Below are positions 63,495 to 64,000 of a DNA stretch of 64,000 nucleotides, in pieces. The stretch is taken from NCBI RefSeq assembly GCF_009914755.1, contig NC_060947.1, one strand, 5' to 3'. Source of the DNA: the human T2T-CHM13v2.0 reference genome, Homo sapiens. Each line of letters starts with the position of its first letter. Positions within the stretch are counted from its first letter, which is position 1. The translations under genes were made by a program, and so were the position numbers. The notes below the pieces were generated by a model that saw only the letters and a list, made by a program, of their open reading frames with translations, searched no databases and was not told where the DNA came from.

Positions 63495-63850
63495 CTTGTC
63501 CTAGATTGGGTTCCCTGGAAACAGACTCTAAGATACAGAGTCAGGGCAAAAAGTTTATTGAAGACAATCCTCAGGAAATACACCTAAGAGGGTGAGGAAG
63601 GTAGGATTGGGCAGGAGAGTCGACCTACAATGCAGTTGCAACTACAGGTTCTAATGAGGAGCTAGGAAGACCCTTCAGAAGTATCCCTCATTGAGACAAG
63701 GAGGTCTGGACTCTGTGACCCTTCATCAGCCTCCCCCTGAGAGAGGGTGTTACCTTGAGTAAGGCAGGTTCAAGGACAATTTCTAGTGAGGAACTGTAGC
63801 TGGGATCTTCGACCAGCCTGTATTCCCTGCAGATCCAGGGTGGAGCACTG
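63495..63850. mobile_element. ERVL LTR fragment (LTR16-like)
   Basis: GGGTTCCCTGGAAACAGACTCT.AGAT...AAGTTTATTG...AGGATTGGGCAG...ATGCAGTTGCAAC...CCCTTCAGA. Confidence 0.55.
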
Positions 63851-64000
63851 CATTATCTACTTTATTCTCATAGAAAGTTGCCTTGTCATGTAAAAGACAT
63901 TGTGGACTTGAGCTTTGGCTTTATAGATAGAATGGAGCTCTCGCTGTGAACCTATCCCTGTTAGGTAAGGGAACTTCCTTTAGAGGGTTGTATTTCTGCA

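Overview
Human (primate) genomic DNA from the X-linked monoamine oxidase A gene (MAOA, Xp11.3) on the + strand. The window starts in intron 2 and holds coding exons 3-15, the 3' UTR and about 1 kb of downstream flank. All splice sites are GT-AG, the exons stay in phase, and the translation matches MAO-A residues 57-527 as I recall them. The introns carry the usual Alu, L1, L2, MIR, LTR and MER repeats, including a full-length L1PA-type element with a 15-bp TSD whose 5' end lies about 200 bp upstream of exon 6. The most unusual feature is a ~7.4-kb G/purine-skewed, degenerate ~60-68-bp tandem array in intron 5 (about 30045-37447). It appears to have expanded inside an L2 element, shows higher-order (~0.7 kb and ~1.5-1.9 kb) structure, and repeats a conserved core GATGGTATC-TTCCAGGAA-TGA in which STAT/BCL6-type and TEAD/AP-1-type motifs overlap. 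Smaller oddities are a TSD-flanked 35-nt U2 snRNA retrocopy, a templated copy of the exon 11 donor region next to a perfect hairpin in intron 10, and an L1 ORF0/antisense-promoter region facing exon 6. Repeat subfamily names and motif counts were made by eye and need RepeatMasker/TRF confirmation.
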